DNA of 63,890 nt, filler included, from Octopus bimaculoides (GCF_001194135.2; 4 parts of 3 records of this genome joined end to end with filler, not necessarily neighbours in it); one strand, 5' to 3'. Positions 48,300 through 60,358 are shown, counted from the whole stretch's first letter. Numbers and translations: made by a program. The notes: generated by a model from the sequence alone, not told the origin.

Positions 48300-49216
48300 N
48301 NNNNNNNNNNNNNNNNNNNNNNNNNNNNNNNNNNNNNNNNNNNNNNNNNNNNNNNNNNNNNNNNNNNNNNNNNNNNNNNNNNNNNNNNNNNNNNNNNNNN
48401 NNNNNNNNNNNNNNNNNNNNNNNNNNNNNNNNNNNNNNNNNNNNNNNNNNNNNNNNNNNNNNNNNNNNNNNNNNNNNNNNNNNNNNNNNNNNNNNNNNNN
48501 NNNNNNNNNNNNNNNNNNNNNNNNNNNNNNNNNNNNNNNNNNNNNNNNNNNNNNNNNNNNNNNNNNNNNNNNNNNNNNNNNNNNNNNNNNNNNNNNNNNN
48601 NNNNNNNNNNNNNNNNNNNNNNNNNNNNNNNNNNNNNNNNNNNNNNNNNNNNNNNNNNNNNNNNNNNNNNNNNNNNNNNNNNNNNNNNNNNNNNNNNNNN
48701 NNNNNNNNNNNNNNNNNNNNNNNNNNNNNNNNNNNNNNNNNNNNNNNNNNNNNNNNNNNNNNNNNNNNNNNNNNNNNNNNNNNNNNNNNNNNNNNNNNNN
48801 NNNNNNNNNNNNNNNNNNNNNNNNNNNNNNNNNNNNNNNNNNNNNNNNNNNNNNNNNNNNNNNNNNNNNNNNNNNNNNNNNNNNNNNNNNNNNNNNNNNN
48901 NNNNNNNNNNNNNNNNNNNNNNNNNNNNNNNNNNNNNNNNNNNNNNNNNNNNNNNNNNNNNNNNNNNNNNNNNNNNNNNNNNNNNNNNNNNNNNNNNNNN
49001 NNNNNNNNNNNNNNNNNNNNNNNNNNNNNNNNNNNNNNNNNNNNNNNNNNNNNNNNNNNNNNNNNNNNNNNNNNNNNNNNNNNNNNNNNNNNNNNNNNNN
49101 NNNNNNNNNNNNNNNNNNNNNNNNNNNNNNNNNNNNNNNNNNNNNNNNNNNNAGTCGAGATAATAATAATGATAATAATAATAATAATAATGATGATAAT
49201 AATAATAATAATAATG

Positions 49217-49281
<65 letters not shown>

Positions 49282-49283
<2 letters not shown>

Positions 49284-52200
49284 AACCACTGCTGCTATTA
49301 CACATGAATACAATAATATCAGTGATATCAGTAATGATGATAAAAATAATGAAAGGAAACGGGTGGAGCCTCCTCCTCCACATGGACTGATCAATGATAC
49401 ATCTAGTGATGATGTCACCATAAAAACACTGGTAATTGCGCAACCTGATAATCGCTACCTCATATGAGTGACAATGAAAAAACAAAATATTGTGAATAAC
49501 AGTGGTAATGAAACTGAAGCCAATGATGGTGACAGTGTTACACCCGGTTGGCTCAGAGATTCTGGACCGGCTCCAGCCCGTCAATATCCAGAAAGGGACC
49601 ACAACACACGGCGTAGATGGAGCAAACAAATTACTGCTGTAGTCTTGGAGTGTTACTACCTGAGCAGCCCGATAGATGAAAATGGTGCTCAAATTAGGAG
49701 TTACCGACAACGTATGTATGATCATTGGAGAGAAAAGGCATTGCTTCAACTCACGGAACTGATACTATGTGATCAAGCTAGAGCAATAAAGAAAAATTGT
49801 TGGTTCATGGTAGAGCTCGAAGCTATCAGAAGACGGATCATGGAAAATAGCAGCAGAGGTAACAATGAAAATACAGATCTTACTAATAAGAGTAATCCCA
49901 TAGCACAGGAAAGGAGCAGTGGTAGTTTACTTGATGAGAGACATATAGATGATCTAAAAGAAGACAATAAAACTAATGGCGACATGACAGATGAACAAAA
50001 TGCAATCTACGACAGAATAAAGGCAAGACTACAGGAGAATGATAGCGACATTATTTGCAACCTTAAAGAGGTTGATCGATGGAAATTGAACCAAGAAACG
50101 AAAAATGTCAATGAAATTCTCAAATACATCAGAAAAAAACAACATAACAGAAACAAATAATTTGATCAAAGCAGCAAGTATTGTTGTAGCAGAAAATGTG
50201 GGTGTTGATGTCAAGAAAAATAAACATAATGGTAATGACAAAAGAAAAGATCAATGGTGGAAAAGAAGAATCCAGGCAGGGTTAGACATACTCTCGAAGG
50301 AAATCTCTGCGTTAGACCGAAAAGAGAAAGGGGAGCTTAAAAGCGAACAAAAATACAGGGCACTGAAAAGGAAGTATAATATTGAAAGAAAGGGCCTGAA
50401 AGTAGTAGTGGAGGAACTGAAGCAGCGACTAATTATAAAGAAAGCAAAGATGGTAAGATACGACCAAAGAATGAAGGGTTACCACCAGAATAGGTTATTC
50501 AGTGTAGATAAGAAAAGATACTATAAAGAAATAAATGGAGAATGTACAGATGAAAAGTTGATACCAGATAACATTGAAAGTCAAAGGTTTTGGAGTGACG
50601 TCTGGAGCAAAGACAAGGAGCACAAGAAGGATGCTAAATGGGTGCAAGAACTGAAACAAACAGTAGTCTGTCCAAAACAGGCAGAACTAGTCATTTCAGT
50701 TAAGGAAGTGAAGGAAGTCAGCAAAAATAAAAAATGAGCGACTGGAAGGCCCCGGGCCTAGATGGAGTTCAAGGCTACTGGATCAAAAGATTTGGTGAAT
50801 GTCATGCACGAATAGCTGCGCAACTCAACACCTTGTTAAATGCCGACCAAGGAACACCAAAGTAGTTGACATTGGGTAGGACAGTGCTGTGCCTGAAAAA
50901 TACCGAAAAAGGCAATACGGTAGACAATTACAGGCCGATATCCTGTTTGCCACTTATGTGGAAATTATTGACTGGAATACTTGCAGAGTCAATGTACGAA
51001 CATTTGGAAAAAAATGGAGTCCTGCCACATGAGCAGAAGAGTTTCAAGCGTAAGTGCAGAAATGCCAAGGATCAACTCCTGATAGACAAAACTGTACTTA
51101 GAGACTGCAAGAGGAGGAAAAGTAACTTTGCCATGTTATGGATCGACTATCGTAAGGCGTACGATATGATCCCACATTCTTAGATTATGGAGTGTACGAA
51201 CCTATTTGGTGATTCATCGAATGTTGAGTGATTGCTTGGAAAAGTATGGCGAATTGGAGGACGGACCTGACAGCATACGGAAGACATTTAGGGGCAGTAG
51301 AAATTAGGAAGGGCATCTTCCAAGGGGACTGCCTGTCCTCACTGATCTTTGTACTCTTCTTGATATCACTAACACTGATTCTGAGGAAATCAAAAGCTGG
51401 GTATGTATTCAGAAGCCTCCAGCAAAAAGTCAACCATTTGTTATTCATGGATGACCTCAAACTTTATGGTAAAGCTGAAGCCCAAGTCGGTTCCCTCGTT
51501 GATACGGTGTATACCTTCAGTGCTGATGGAGTTCGGACAGAGAATGTGTGGTGTGTTAGTCTTGAATAGAGGCAAAATCAAGTGTATGGACGGGCTAACG
51601 ATACCGTCGGTGCAGGTTATGTAGCAGATAAAAGAGACGGGCTATAAGTACTTGGGGATTTTGGAAATGGATAAATTGATGAAGAAAGAAATGATAGAAA
51701 AATTAAAGGTGGAGTACTTGCGCAGACTGAGAGTGATCCTTAAGTCGAAATTAAATGGACGGAATAAGATCAAAGCTATCAACACCTGGGCGATTTCACT
51801 CCTTAGATAGGGAGCAGGGGTAATCGCATGGGCAGTAGACGAACTAAACAGCTTAGACAGAAAGACAAGGAAGTTGCTAACTAGACATGGGTCACTCCAC
51901 CAAAAAAGTGACACAGATAGACTGTATGTACCAAGAAAAAGAGGGGAAGAGGACTTATCGATGCAAACACAGCATTAGAGCAGAAGAAAACAACATAGTA
52001 TATGTAAAAAATGCCACAGAACCGCTATTATTAGAAGTAAGAAGGTCAGGCTTGTGTAGGATGAAAGATTGCAAAGATAAAGCTCTATACAAGAGATTGA
52101 AAACGAATGAAACTGAAAATAGGTGGGTAAAGAAAAGAATGGATGGTCAATTTCATAGACATGTTGAAGATAAGACAGACAAAGAAAAAAGATGGCATGG

Positions 52201-52964
52201 ATGACGAAAAGGGATTTAAAACTGGAAAGGGGGGCTCTAATCTGTGCTGCCCAAGAGCAAGCACTAAGAACAAACTACATAAAATACAGAATGGACAACA
52301 CAGCAGAAAGTGATACGTGCAGAATCTGTGGACAAAACGGCGAAACCGTATGGCATTTTACCAGCCAATGTACGCCATTAGCCCAGAAGGAATATAAGAG
52401 ACGCCACGACAATATAGCTAGGCTTGTCTGTTGGACACTTTGCAACAAGTATGGACTTGACAGAGCAAAAAATTGGTACAACCACAAACCTGAAGGCATC
52501 ACCGAAAATAAAAATGCAAAGATCCTATAGGATTTTATGACTTATTGACAGCATAAGATAGAGAATAGGAAGCCAGACATAGTCTTAATTGAGAAACAAT
52601 GCAAACTATACTGGATCATAGACATAGCATACCCAGCTGACAACAAGGTATGCAATAAAGAAGAAAGAAACGTTGAGAGATATGACAGGTTAGCTTGGGA
52701 AGTAAGCAGTTGTGGTCGATGAAAAGGGTAGCAGTAGTACAAATAATAGTCGGAGCCCTGGGAACAGTGAGCAAAAATCTTGAGAAGTACGTGGAACAAA
52801 TAGGGGCTGCAATAAGTGTGGAGCACTTGCAGAAAACAGCACTGCTTGGAACCGCTCGAATACTCCGGAAGGTGCTCGAAAAATAAGAGGTGTTACCTTA
52901 GTTTACTGGTAGTGAACAGCTGACACTGTAGTGCATCTCCAGCGTTGGAAGTTGTGCAAAGGCG
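49282..52964 (+). mobile_element. Near full-length R4/Dong-like non-LTR retrotransposon (RT, CCHC, REL) inserted in (AAT)n; disabled by stops and frameshifts
   Basis: N-terminal RRRWSKQ..VLECYYLSSP..YRQRMYDHW; RT motifs [46 protein letters not shown]; CRICGQNGETVWHFTSQC..YKRRHD; RKPDIV; IIVGALGTV..LQKTALLGTARILRKVLEK*. (AAT)n on both sides (49160-49281, 52965-53032). Confidence 0.93.
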
Positions 52965-53032
<68 letters not shown>

Positions 53033-53075
53033 TTCTGAAGTAACCAGACGATGGATTTGGTATTAATCTTTATGT

Positions 53076-53178
53076 TGTACAACGGTCGTTTCGATCTATC
53101 CTGTTGTTCTCTGATATTGGTTGGCATCCGTACAACATGTACTGCATCCATTTTGCAGTCTGAGTCTCATCAGGCACA
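53076..53178 (-). ncRNA. Candidate type I hammerhead ribozyme with an extended stem II
   Basis: Minus strand: stem I tgtgc/gtaca, CTGATGA (53173-53167), ~75-nt stem II insert closed by GA..TC, GAAA (53092-53089), C-GACC-G, triplet GUU. Confidence 0.5.
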
Positions 53179-53759
53179 TCCATACATAAAGTTGTGTCTC
53201 GTTAAAGATCCTGAGTTTCGACCGTCATATTGTTATATGCCCGTGTAGTTAGGGAATGTAACATTGCTACAATTTTCAATTATTATTATCTTTCTCTTGG
53301 AGCTAATCAACTTCAGCATTCGTTCTATTTTTGTGGACTGCCATGTTAGCTTGGCGATAACTATTAATACCCAGTACTGCTGCTGTAGTGTCCTTTATTG
53401 AGATTTTGAAATAATAATATTTCTATTTTTGAACACCAGTGGATGTGTTCCACTGGATGTATATGAACCTTCGAATAGACAGTCAAGAGCGACGCCTGCT
53501 GCCTTGATCCAAGTGGGCTGGAGGTAAGGTTTGAAACCTTGCCTCTGGTATTAGACTAGAAAGACGCAGTAAAAATATTGACTAAAGACAGTGAAGGGAA
53601 CGTTAAAGTAATTACGATAAAAAAAACCCTGATTAAATGTAACTACTGAGTACGGGGCTCGAGTAGACATTACATCCTCATTATCACCTTTGCATTTATT
53701 TCATAACTTTTTATTTTTTCCCCTCAGAGATTTATTATTGTTATATATATATATATATA

Positions 53760-54112
53760 TAATAAATCTCTGAGCGAGGTATAAACGTAGCTGCACGACA
53801 TCAAGAAGTATGTTTGCCACCTAAATGTGGCTAACCCTTAAGGGTTGATGCTACTGTAGCTTATAGTCCCAGGAAGACATCTCCTCCAGCTGATTATTGA
53901 CACGCTTTCTGTGCCTTATCAGTATTTGCGAATGGAAGATATCTTTCCCATCACCAGCCTGGGTGATAGGAAAGATACCTTCCCTTTGCAAATACTGATA
54001 GGGCACAGAAAGTGTGTCAATAGCCAGCTAGAGGAGATGACTTCTTGGTACTACAAGCTGCAGTTGCATCAACCCTTATGGATCAGCCGCATTTAGGTGG
54101 CAAATATACTTC

Positions 54113-54114
<2 letters not shown>
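53760..54114. mobile_element. Second copy of the foldback/hairpin element, between (TA)n tracts
   Basis: Inverted arms 53805-54112 pair almost to the centre (loop of 6 nt or less near 53956); shares the non-palindromic left leader taaatctctga.cgaggtataaac with 26941. Confidence 0.85.
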
Positions 54115-54200
<86 letters not shown>

Positions 54201-54379
54201 ACATAGACACGTACGCACACACACACACACACCCACACACCTACACACTGAGCGTGTATATATATATATATACATTAGCCCGCTTCTAACATAGATATAT
54301 AGGGATAACAATTTTCTATGTACTATGCTGAATACATGGAGTGTTCGTCTGGTGTGTTGATTTTTTGTTTGTTTTAATG

Positions 54380-54456
54380 TGTCTTGACCATACGTGTACT
54401 GATGAGTAAAGGATGCATGTTACTGCATTGATTACGAAATCATGATCTTAAAACAT
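54380..54456 (+). ncRNA. Candidate minimal type I hammerhead ribozyme (third family), stem I disrupted
   Basis: CTGATGA 54399-54405, stem II gtaa..ttac with inner atgca/tgcat, GAAA 54436-54439, T-CATG-A palindromic stem III, triplet AUC ending at 54447. Stem I partner tgtcttga is offset by 11 nt. Confidence 0.45.
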
Positions 54457-54534
54457 GAGGTTAATTCATACCTTGTGTTAACTCATACCTTGTGAACAAA
54501 TTCAGCCAGACTAAAATTGTATAGAGGACTTTGT

Positions 54535-54690
54535 AATCAGCTTGTCACACATTCTGTGCCGCGCTCATTGTTTCTAAAAATCAAGTTAAGGGTACACGTG
54601 TTTGTGGAATACTCAGTCAGTTACACGTAAATTCAATGAGCAGGTGTCTTAATTGCTCGAAGAATTGAATCCTTATCATTGAAACTAACA
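54535..54690 (+). mobile_element. Diverged relative of the SINE family C 3' domain
   Basis: cagcttgtcacac...gttaagggtacacgtgtttgtggaatactcagtcagttacacgtaaattcaatgagcagg. Confidence 0.6.
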
Positions 54691-54697
54691 GAAAGCC

Positions 54698-54699
<2 letters not shown>

Positions 54700-54773
<74 letters not shown>

Positions 54774-54900
54774 GCCTGCCTGTCTGCCTGTCTGTCTGCC
54801 TGCCTGTCTGCCTGCCTGTCTGCCTGCCTGTCTGCCTGCCTGCCGAGCTATCTAGCTTGCGCTGTCCCCGTTTCTGTCTGTCTGTCTGTCTATCTATCAA
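54700..54900. repeat. (TATC)n, (TGTC)n, (TGCC)n microsatellite series
   Basis: Visible tandem runs. Confidence 0.9.
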
Positions 54901-56221
54901 TCTGAGCCTGTTTCTCTCTCTGTGAATTTACACATCTAAACATGTATGTATGTGTATATATTGTAAGTACGTGAGCGCGCACGTGTGTATGAATATGCAT
55001 ATATCATTATACATTGTACTTTATATATACATATTTACATATTTAAATACATAGGTACATACACTTACATACTTAGACGCATGTCAAGATTTACACATTA
55101 AGTAAGCCTACATCTATGATGAAATGAGTTAACCATGTTTATATATTCATATATTCTGAATGCTTCCATATAGTGAACATTATCAAAGTGTCTTGTTGAC
55201 ACACATATCACATCTTTCTGTCTGAAAGCTCATGATATGGTTGTGCCAAGAATATTCTCACAGCTTTTAAAAACTTTTCCCTGCCATGAAAATTCAATTG
55301 TGCGTTCCATCACTGCCAGGATCTTCTCAGCCAAATCACTAGAGTGGATATAAAAATAAAATAAAATAAAATAAAATGAAAAAGAAACAAAAAGTCCAAT
55401 CCTCCCCCTCCCAAATTCTAATAGGTCTTTCTACACATTTATTAAGTATCAGAAGTTGCTATTATTGTTTAACCCTAGGCTAGATTTGATCAAGCATATT
55501 TATCATAAAAGATGAAAGCAATTTTGCTGTGACAATCTCGTCTGTTCAAACATATCTTATGTTACTTTATTCTGCATATCTTACTATTTTTTCATGAAAA
55601 TCAAATATTTCCCTCCTAGTCCTGGCAAGAATCACAACTGCATAATGACAACCACATTAGCCTCTTGTTACGCCTGTTGTGATTGTTGTATGGTGAGAAT
55701 CATCTTTGCTTGATAAGGTTTTATGTGCAATGATAATCTATCGAATGTCTAAAAGCAAATAATATTTTATGTCTAACAGCTTCAGTATGAAGTGTTGTCT
55801 GGTTGGTCAGTCTGGGATTGAGCTTCAGGAAACTAATCAAACCTGTTCAAAATGTGGCTATGATATTTAGTTGTTGTCTACGTCGGTATTACGTATACAA
55901 ATGAGATGATGAGTATGGATGTGTTTGAATGACGTTCAGAACTTTAGAGCCATCCATCTTTTACACACACACACATATATATATATATACATACATATAT
56001 ACATATATTTATATACATACACACCTGCACCTACACACATAAATATATATTTGTATACACGCATATATAGGTGTGGGTGGAAAATCATGATCTTAAGACA
56101 TGAGGTCAAGTTCTTGAGTAAGAAATCCGCTTTGAATTATTTTCACTCTGTCTGTTTGCTGCCAGGGCTATGTTCTTAAGAAGTTCGCAAATATTATAGC
56201 AATTTAAAAATATAAACTAAC

Positions 56222-57636
56222 TGCTGTGATGAGAGTTACAATGACCCCTTGCGAGAGACAGAATGGTCCAAGTAAAGTCTATCTAGTAACGATCCGAATA
56301 AGTTCAGAGTTCGGAATCTAGTGAAGTTCGAGTTAGTTCACAGTGAAGCTGGAAGGTGTCGGTTGGTTAATTCACAGGGAATATTGGTTGTTGTTTCGTA
56401 AAGAGATTTGTTAGTTCGTTACATTCTTTTTATTGTTGTCTTATCTTGTTTATTGTACGTAAGAAATTACGTTAGATCTGGCAACGAGGTTTTCGAAGCT
56501 CAGGTATGTTATTTAACAATTTGTTCGTGATACAGCTTATTAAATTATGGAAGACCTATTAGCTTCCATAGTACAGTTGCAAAAGGACAGTAGTCTATAG
56601 AACGCTGTCAACATCAAGCGAAAAGGTGGGAATAGCGACGGTGGATGTAGTGGAAGAATGTCTAAAGGACATAAAGGACCTCACAACATTCTACTTTAGA
56701 GGAAAGAAGCATAGCACAGTGGAGGTTCGGTTTGCGACCGAACAAGACGCAATTAAGTATTCCACCGTGCCATTGAGATTGTCAGAGTGGACACTACTGC
56801 CAACCTACTGCGGAAAACGAGTTAGGATTGGCAGAGTGCCCCCAGAGATCGACGAGGCATGGCTGGTGGCAGCCATCCTCTTCAACACGGAAGAAGAAAC
56901 AAAGATTCTGAAAGTCACAAGGACAACAGAGATAAACTGCTGGGGATACGGCCTCGAGGTGACGGTCCAAATCAGTTTACCAGATTTGCACAAAATAGCA
57001 GAAGATATTGTGTTACCCGAGGATATAAAACTAAGAGTTGTATTGGAGGGAAGACCTCCCATCTGCTACCACTGCAGAGTACTGGGACACATGAAAGCAA
57101 GGTGTCCCCAGCTACAAGACAAGGAAGTAGAACTGGAGCATCAAGAAGAGGAAGAGGAACAAAGAGCAGAGGTACAAATGCAAGTAAGCGAAAAGAATGA
57201 AAATGTAGGAGAAAAGTATACAGTAAGGAAAAGAAAGAAGAGAGAAGAAAACGCTAATTCACCACCCAAAAGTCCACAGAAAAAGAGAAAAGAAAACATA
57301 GAAGGAGACTCAATGTAAAAGACCGGACATATCAAAGAGGAATATTACGGAGGATAGATCAAGTTTGCAGAAAAGAAAGGAAGAGAGAAGAGAGATAGCA
57401 ACAACAATGAGTAAGAGAGATGCAGAGAAAGATGAGGCAACAATACCAGGAACATCAGCAGAGAATAACGATAGAAAGCGGGAGGTGGTACCAAAAGGAA
57501 AACACATTCGAATGATGATAAAAAATAGAAAAAGTGTAGAGATCGAGAGAAGGATTACAAAAATGAAAAATGTAATGAGAGTCAAGTTATCAGGAAGGGA
57601 GAGTACCGAGGACGACAAGGCAGTCTTGCTTGAGAG

Positions 57637-57682
<46 letters not shown>

Positions 57683-58238
57683 GATAAGTTAAAGGAGCTA
57701 TTTGGTGAAAAAGTTGAAATATCGCCGTTACAGGTTCGATACGACGAGCTTCCACCAGTGGTGGCACTTGAGGACATAATAGAATATTTAATATAAAAGA
57801 AAGTAAGTGAAATATTTAAAATTTTAAAATAATGACTTAAAAAAACGATGCAAAAAAGAATAATGAACTGTAAGTTAATATGTGATACATAAACAGTTAA
57901 ATAACACTGCTTGCGTGTGGGGGCAGGTTAGACATTTCATTTTTCATTATATCACTATATTCTTAATTTCATTCGTTATATGTTTTATGTACTCCACTGC
58001 ATTGTGTTGTGTCCTTGTATCGTCCCTTCTTTGTAGAGCCAATGTGCTCATAATAAAGAAAATAGTTCGGAATCGAGTGAATTTCGAGTTAGTTCGCAGG
58101 GAAGTCGGAAGGTGTCTGTTGGTTAGTTCACAAGGAATATTGATTGTTGCTTCGTAAAGAGATTTGTTAGTTCGTTACATTGGTTTTACTGTTTTCTGGT
58201 TATCTTATTTATTGTAGGTAACAAATTACGTTACAACA
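56222..58238 (+). mobile_element. Chimeric LTR-like element: TG..CA ends, 5-bp TSD, PBS, direct repeats, L1/Tx1-type ORF1 cargo
   Basis: TSD ctaac 56217-56221 / 58239-58243; ends tgctgtgat / gttacaaca; direct repeats 56308-56476 and 58064-58236 (about 87%); tggcaacgagg at 56479-56489. Confidence 0.65.
56547..57796 (+). pseudogene. L1/Tx1-type ORF1 (RRM-like region, CCHC zinc knuckle, K/E-rich tail), frameshifted
   Basis: ATG 56547 (MEDLLASIVQLQKDSSL*); main ORF 56626-57318 with VEVRFAT, LLPTYCGKRVRIGRVPPEI and VVLEGRPPICYHCRVLGHMKARCP (CX2CX4HX4C at 57064-57105); continues in 57365-57796. No ORF2. Confidence 0.8.
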
Positions 58239-58863
58239 CTAACTTAAGTGAAAATGCTTTTAATTGAAAAATAAAATAAGATAGCTAGAAACACAAAAAG
58301 GAAATCAAAAAGTATTCAGCATATAAAACTATAAAATAAAAGAGTATATCAAATGTTAAAATGTTTAAGCAAAAGAAAAACAACAAAAAATTGCTGTAAT
58401 ATGCGAAATATAAAATACATATAAACATATGTAAAACACACCACTTAAAAAGAGTACAGTTATAAATAATTTATAAGACGTGTTCTGTAGCACATATAAG
58501 GAGACATGTATTCCAGTTTCAGTTCTTTGTTTACTGTTACTTGATGGATTCATTTAATGCTCTTGAGAAATGCACATAAACATCACAACTACGAATGTCC
58601 ATAACTGCCACCAGAAACCAATAGAGTTCATCCATAGATGGATACTTTAAATGGAAAAGATTAGGCAGGTGACTCTGGGCTTCCACTAGTACCTTAGTAC
58701 AGAAGATAATAAAAGTTGTATCAAATGCGGGTCCTAACGATGCGTCTGCTTCAAACTCTCGAGTTGTGCTAATTTCTATGCCAAAGTGACGTCAACTTCG
58801 ATTGCCTAAACTGGGATCTCAATTCACACAGTATTCAGCGTGTAGTATTATATTCAATACATA

Positions 58864-60187
58864 TTGGGTCATCCCATAAATAATGCGGTTTTTTAATGCT
58901 TATTATATTTTTAGAATTAAGATAAAGTTCTTTTTTAATCTAAGTTATATTTAATCTAAAATTTACATTTTTTATCTAAAATATACTATCCTTTGTTTTC
59001 TACAATGCTCTTCCATCTAACTGGTAGACCTGCAAGGCCTCTCTTCCAAAATTCATTTGTCCGTGACGAAAACTCCTCCTCCACTACTGTTCTGATCTCG
59101 TCTAGAGAATTCATAATTTTTCGTCCATATGATTTTGAAAACTGCGGAATAAATGATGATCAGATGGGACAATGTCCAGCGAATATGGTGGGTGGGGCAT
59201 CGTTTCCCATTCAAACTGCTCCAGCCTTTGGAATGTCATCCTCACTGTATGTGGCCAAGCATTATCCTGATGGAAGAACACCTTTCGTTTTGAAACCAAA
59301 GATGATCGTTTTTCTTCTAGGGCTGACTTAAGCTGCTCCAGCTGCTTGCTGTACATCTTCTCTGTTATCGATTGGTTTGGGTTTAAACGTTCAAAGTGAA
59401 CTAAACCTTTCATGTCCAAGCAAAGAGATGACATTTTACGCGGGTGAAGACCTTCTTTAGCCTGGCGTGCCGGTGTTTCTCCTTTCCCTACCCACTCTCT
59501 TCGGCGCTTAACATTTTCATAGAGAACCTATTTCTCGTCACCAGTCACTACTGGTGACGATAAAAAAATAAGGTTCATTCGCTCCCCACCCCCACCAAAG
59601 GTTCATTCGTGAAGTGTGAGAGCAAAGGAGAGCACACATTCTCTTTTTGCGCGTGCGATTGACCCAATTTGCTGACGTTTCTGATGGCACGCAGGTGTCG
59701 ATGAATGATTGAATGATCAAATCCAAGCTTCTCTGCTAGTTCCTCAATAATTACGATGGGATTTCGTTCCCCTAGGGTTTGCAGGATGTCTTCGTCGAAC
59801 TCTACAGATCATCCAGGACGAAACTCGTCTTCTAGGCTGTGGTTTCCGGGTCGGAATTTCTGGAACCACAGTTGACACTGGCTTACGTTAATTGTCCGAT
59901 CCCCATATATTACATTAATATTCCTCGCACTTTCCGTTTCGTTGTTGCTTTTATTGAACTTATAAAGACAAAATATACCGAATATGCTCCTTTGTCACTT
60001 CCATTATAGCTTTGAAAAAATAACTGTTAAAATCTAACTGCACTCTTCAAAACTTGCACTAAGAATAAGTAAAAGGTACAATTACTACCTGCCTTTATGG
60101 CAAGTTGATGCAGGTAGTTTATCCTATCACTCTCCGACTTTTAGTTGATGCAATTGAAAAAACCGCATTATTTATGGGATGATTCAA
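58864..60187 (-). mobile_element. Full-length mariner (DD34D) transposon, pseudogenised
   Basis: TIRs ttgggtcatcccataaataatgcggtttttt / aaaaaaccgcattatttatgggatgattcaa with TA TSD. Transposase from ATG 60004: MEVTKEHIR..QCQLWFQKFR..VTGDEK..FFHQDNA..HPPYSLDIVPSDHHLFRS. Confidence 0.93.
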
Positions 60188-60199
60188 TATGCCAAATAT

Positions 60200-60324
60200 C
60201 TATGTATGTATGTATGTATGTATGTATGTATGTATGTATGTATGTATGTATGCATGTATGTATGTATGTATGTAAGCAGACATGCATGCATATATGTATG
60301 TATGTATACATGCACGTATGTATG

Positions 60325-60358
<34 letters not shown>

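Noticed and set aside
57919-57927. gggggcagg as polypurine tract of the chimeric LTR element
   Set aside because: Short, contains a C, is not followed by TG, and lies ~135 bp before the shared repeat, so it was not used as evidence
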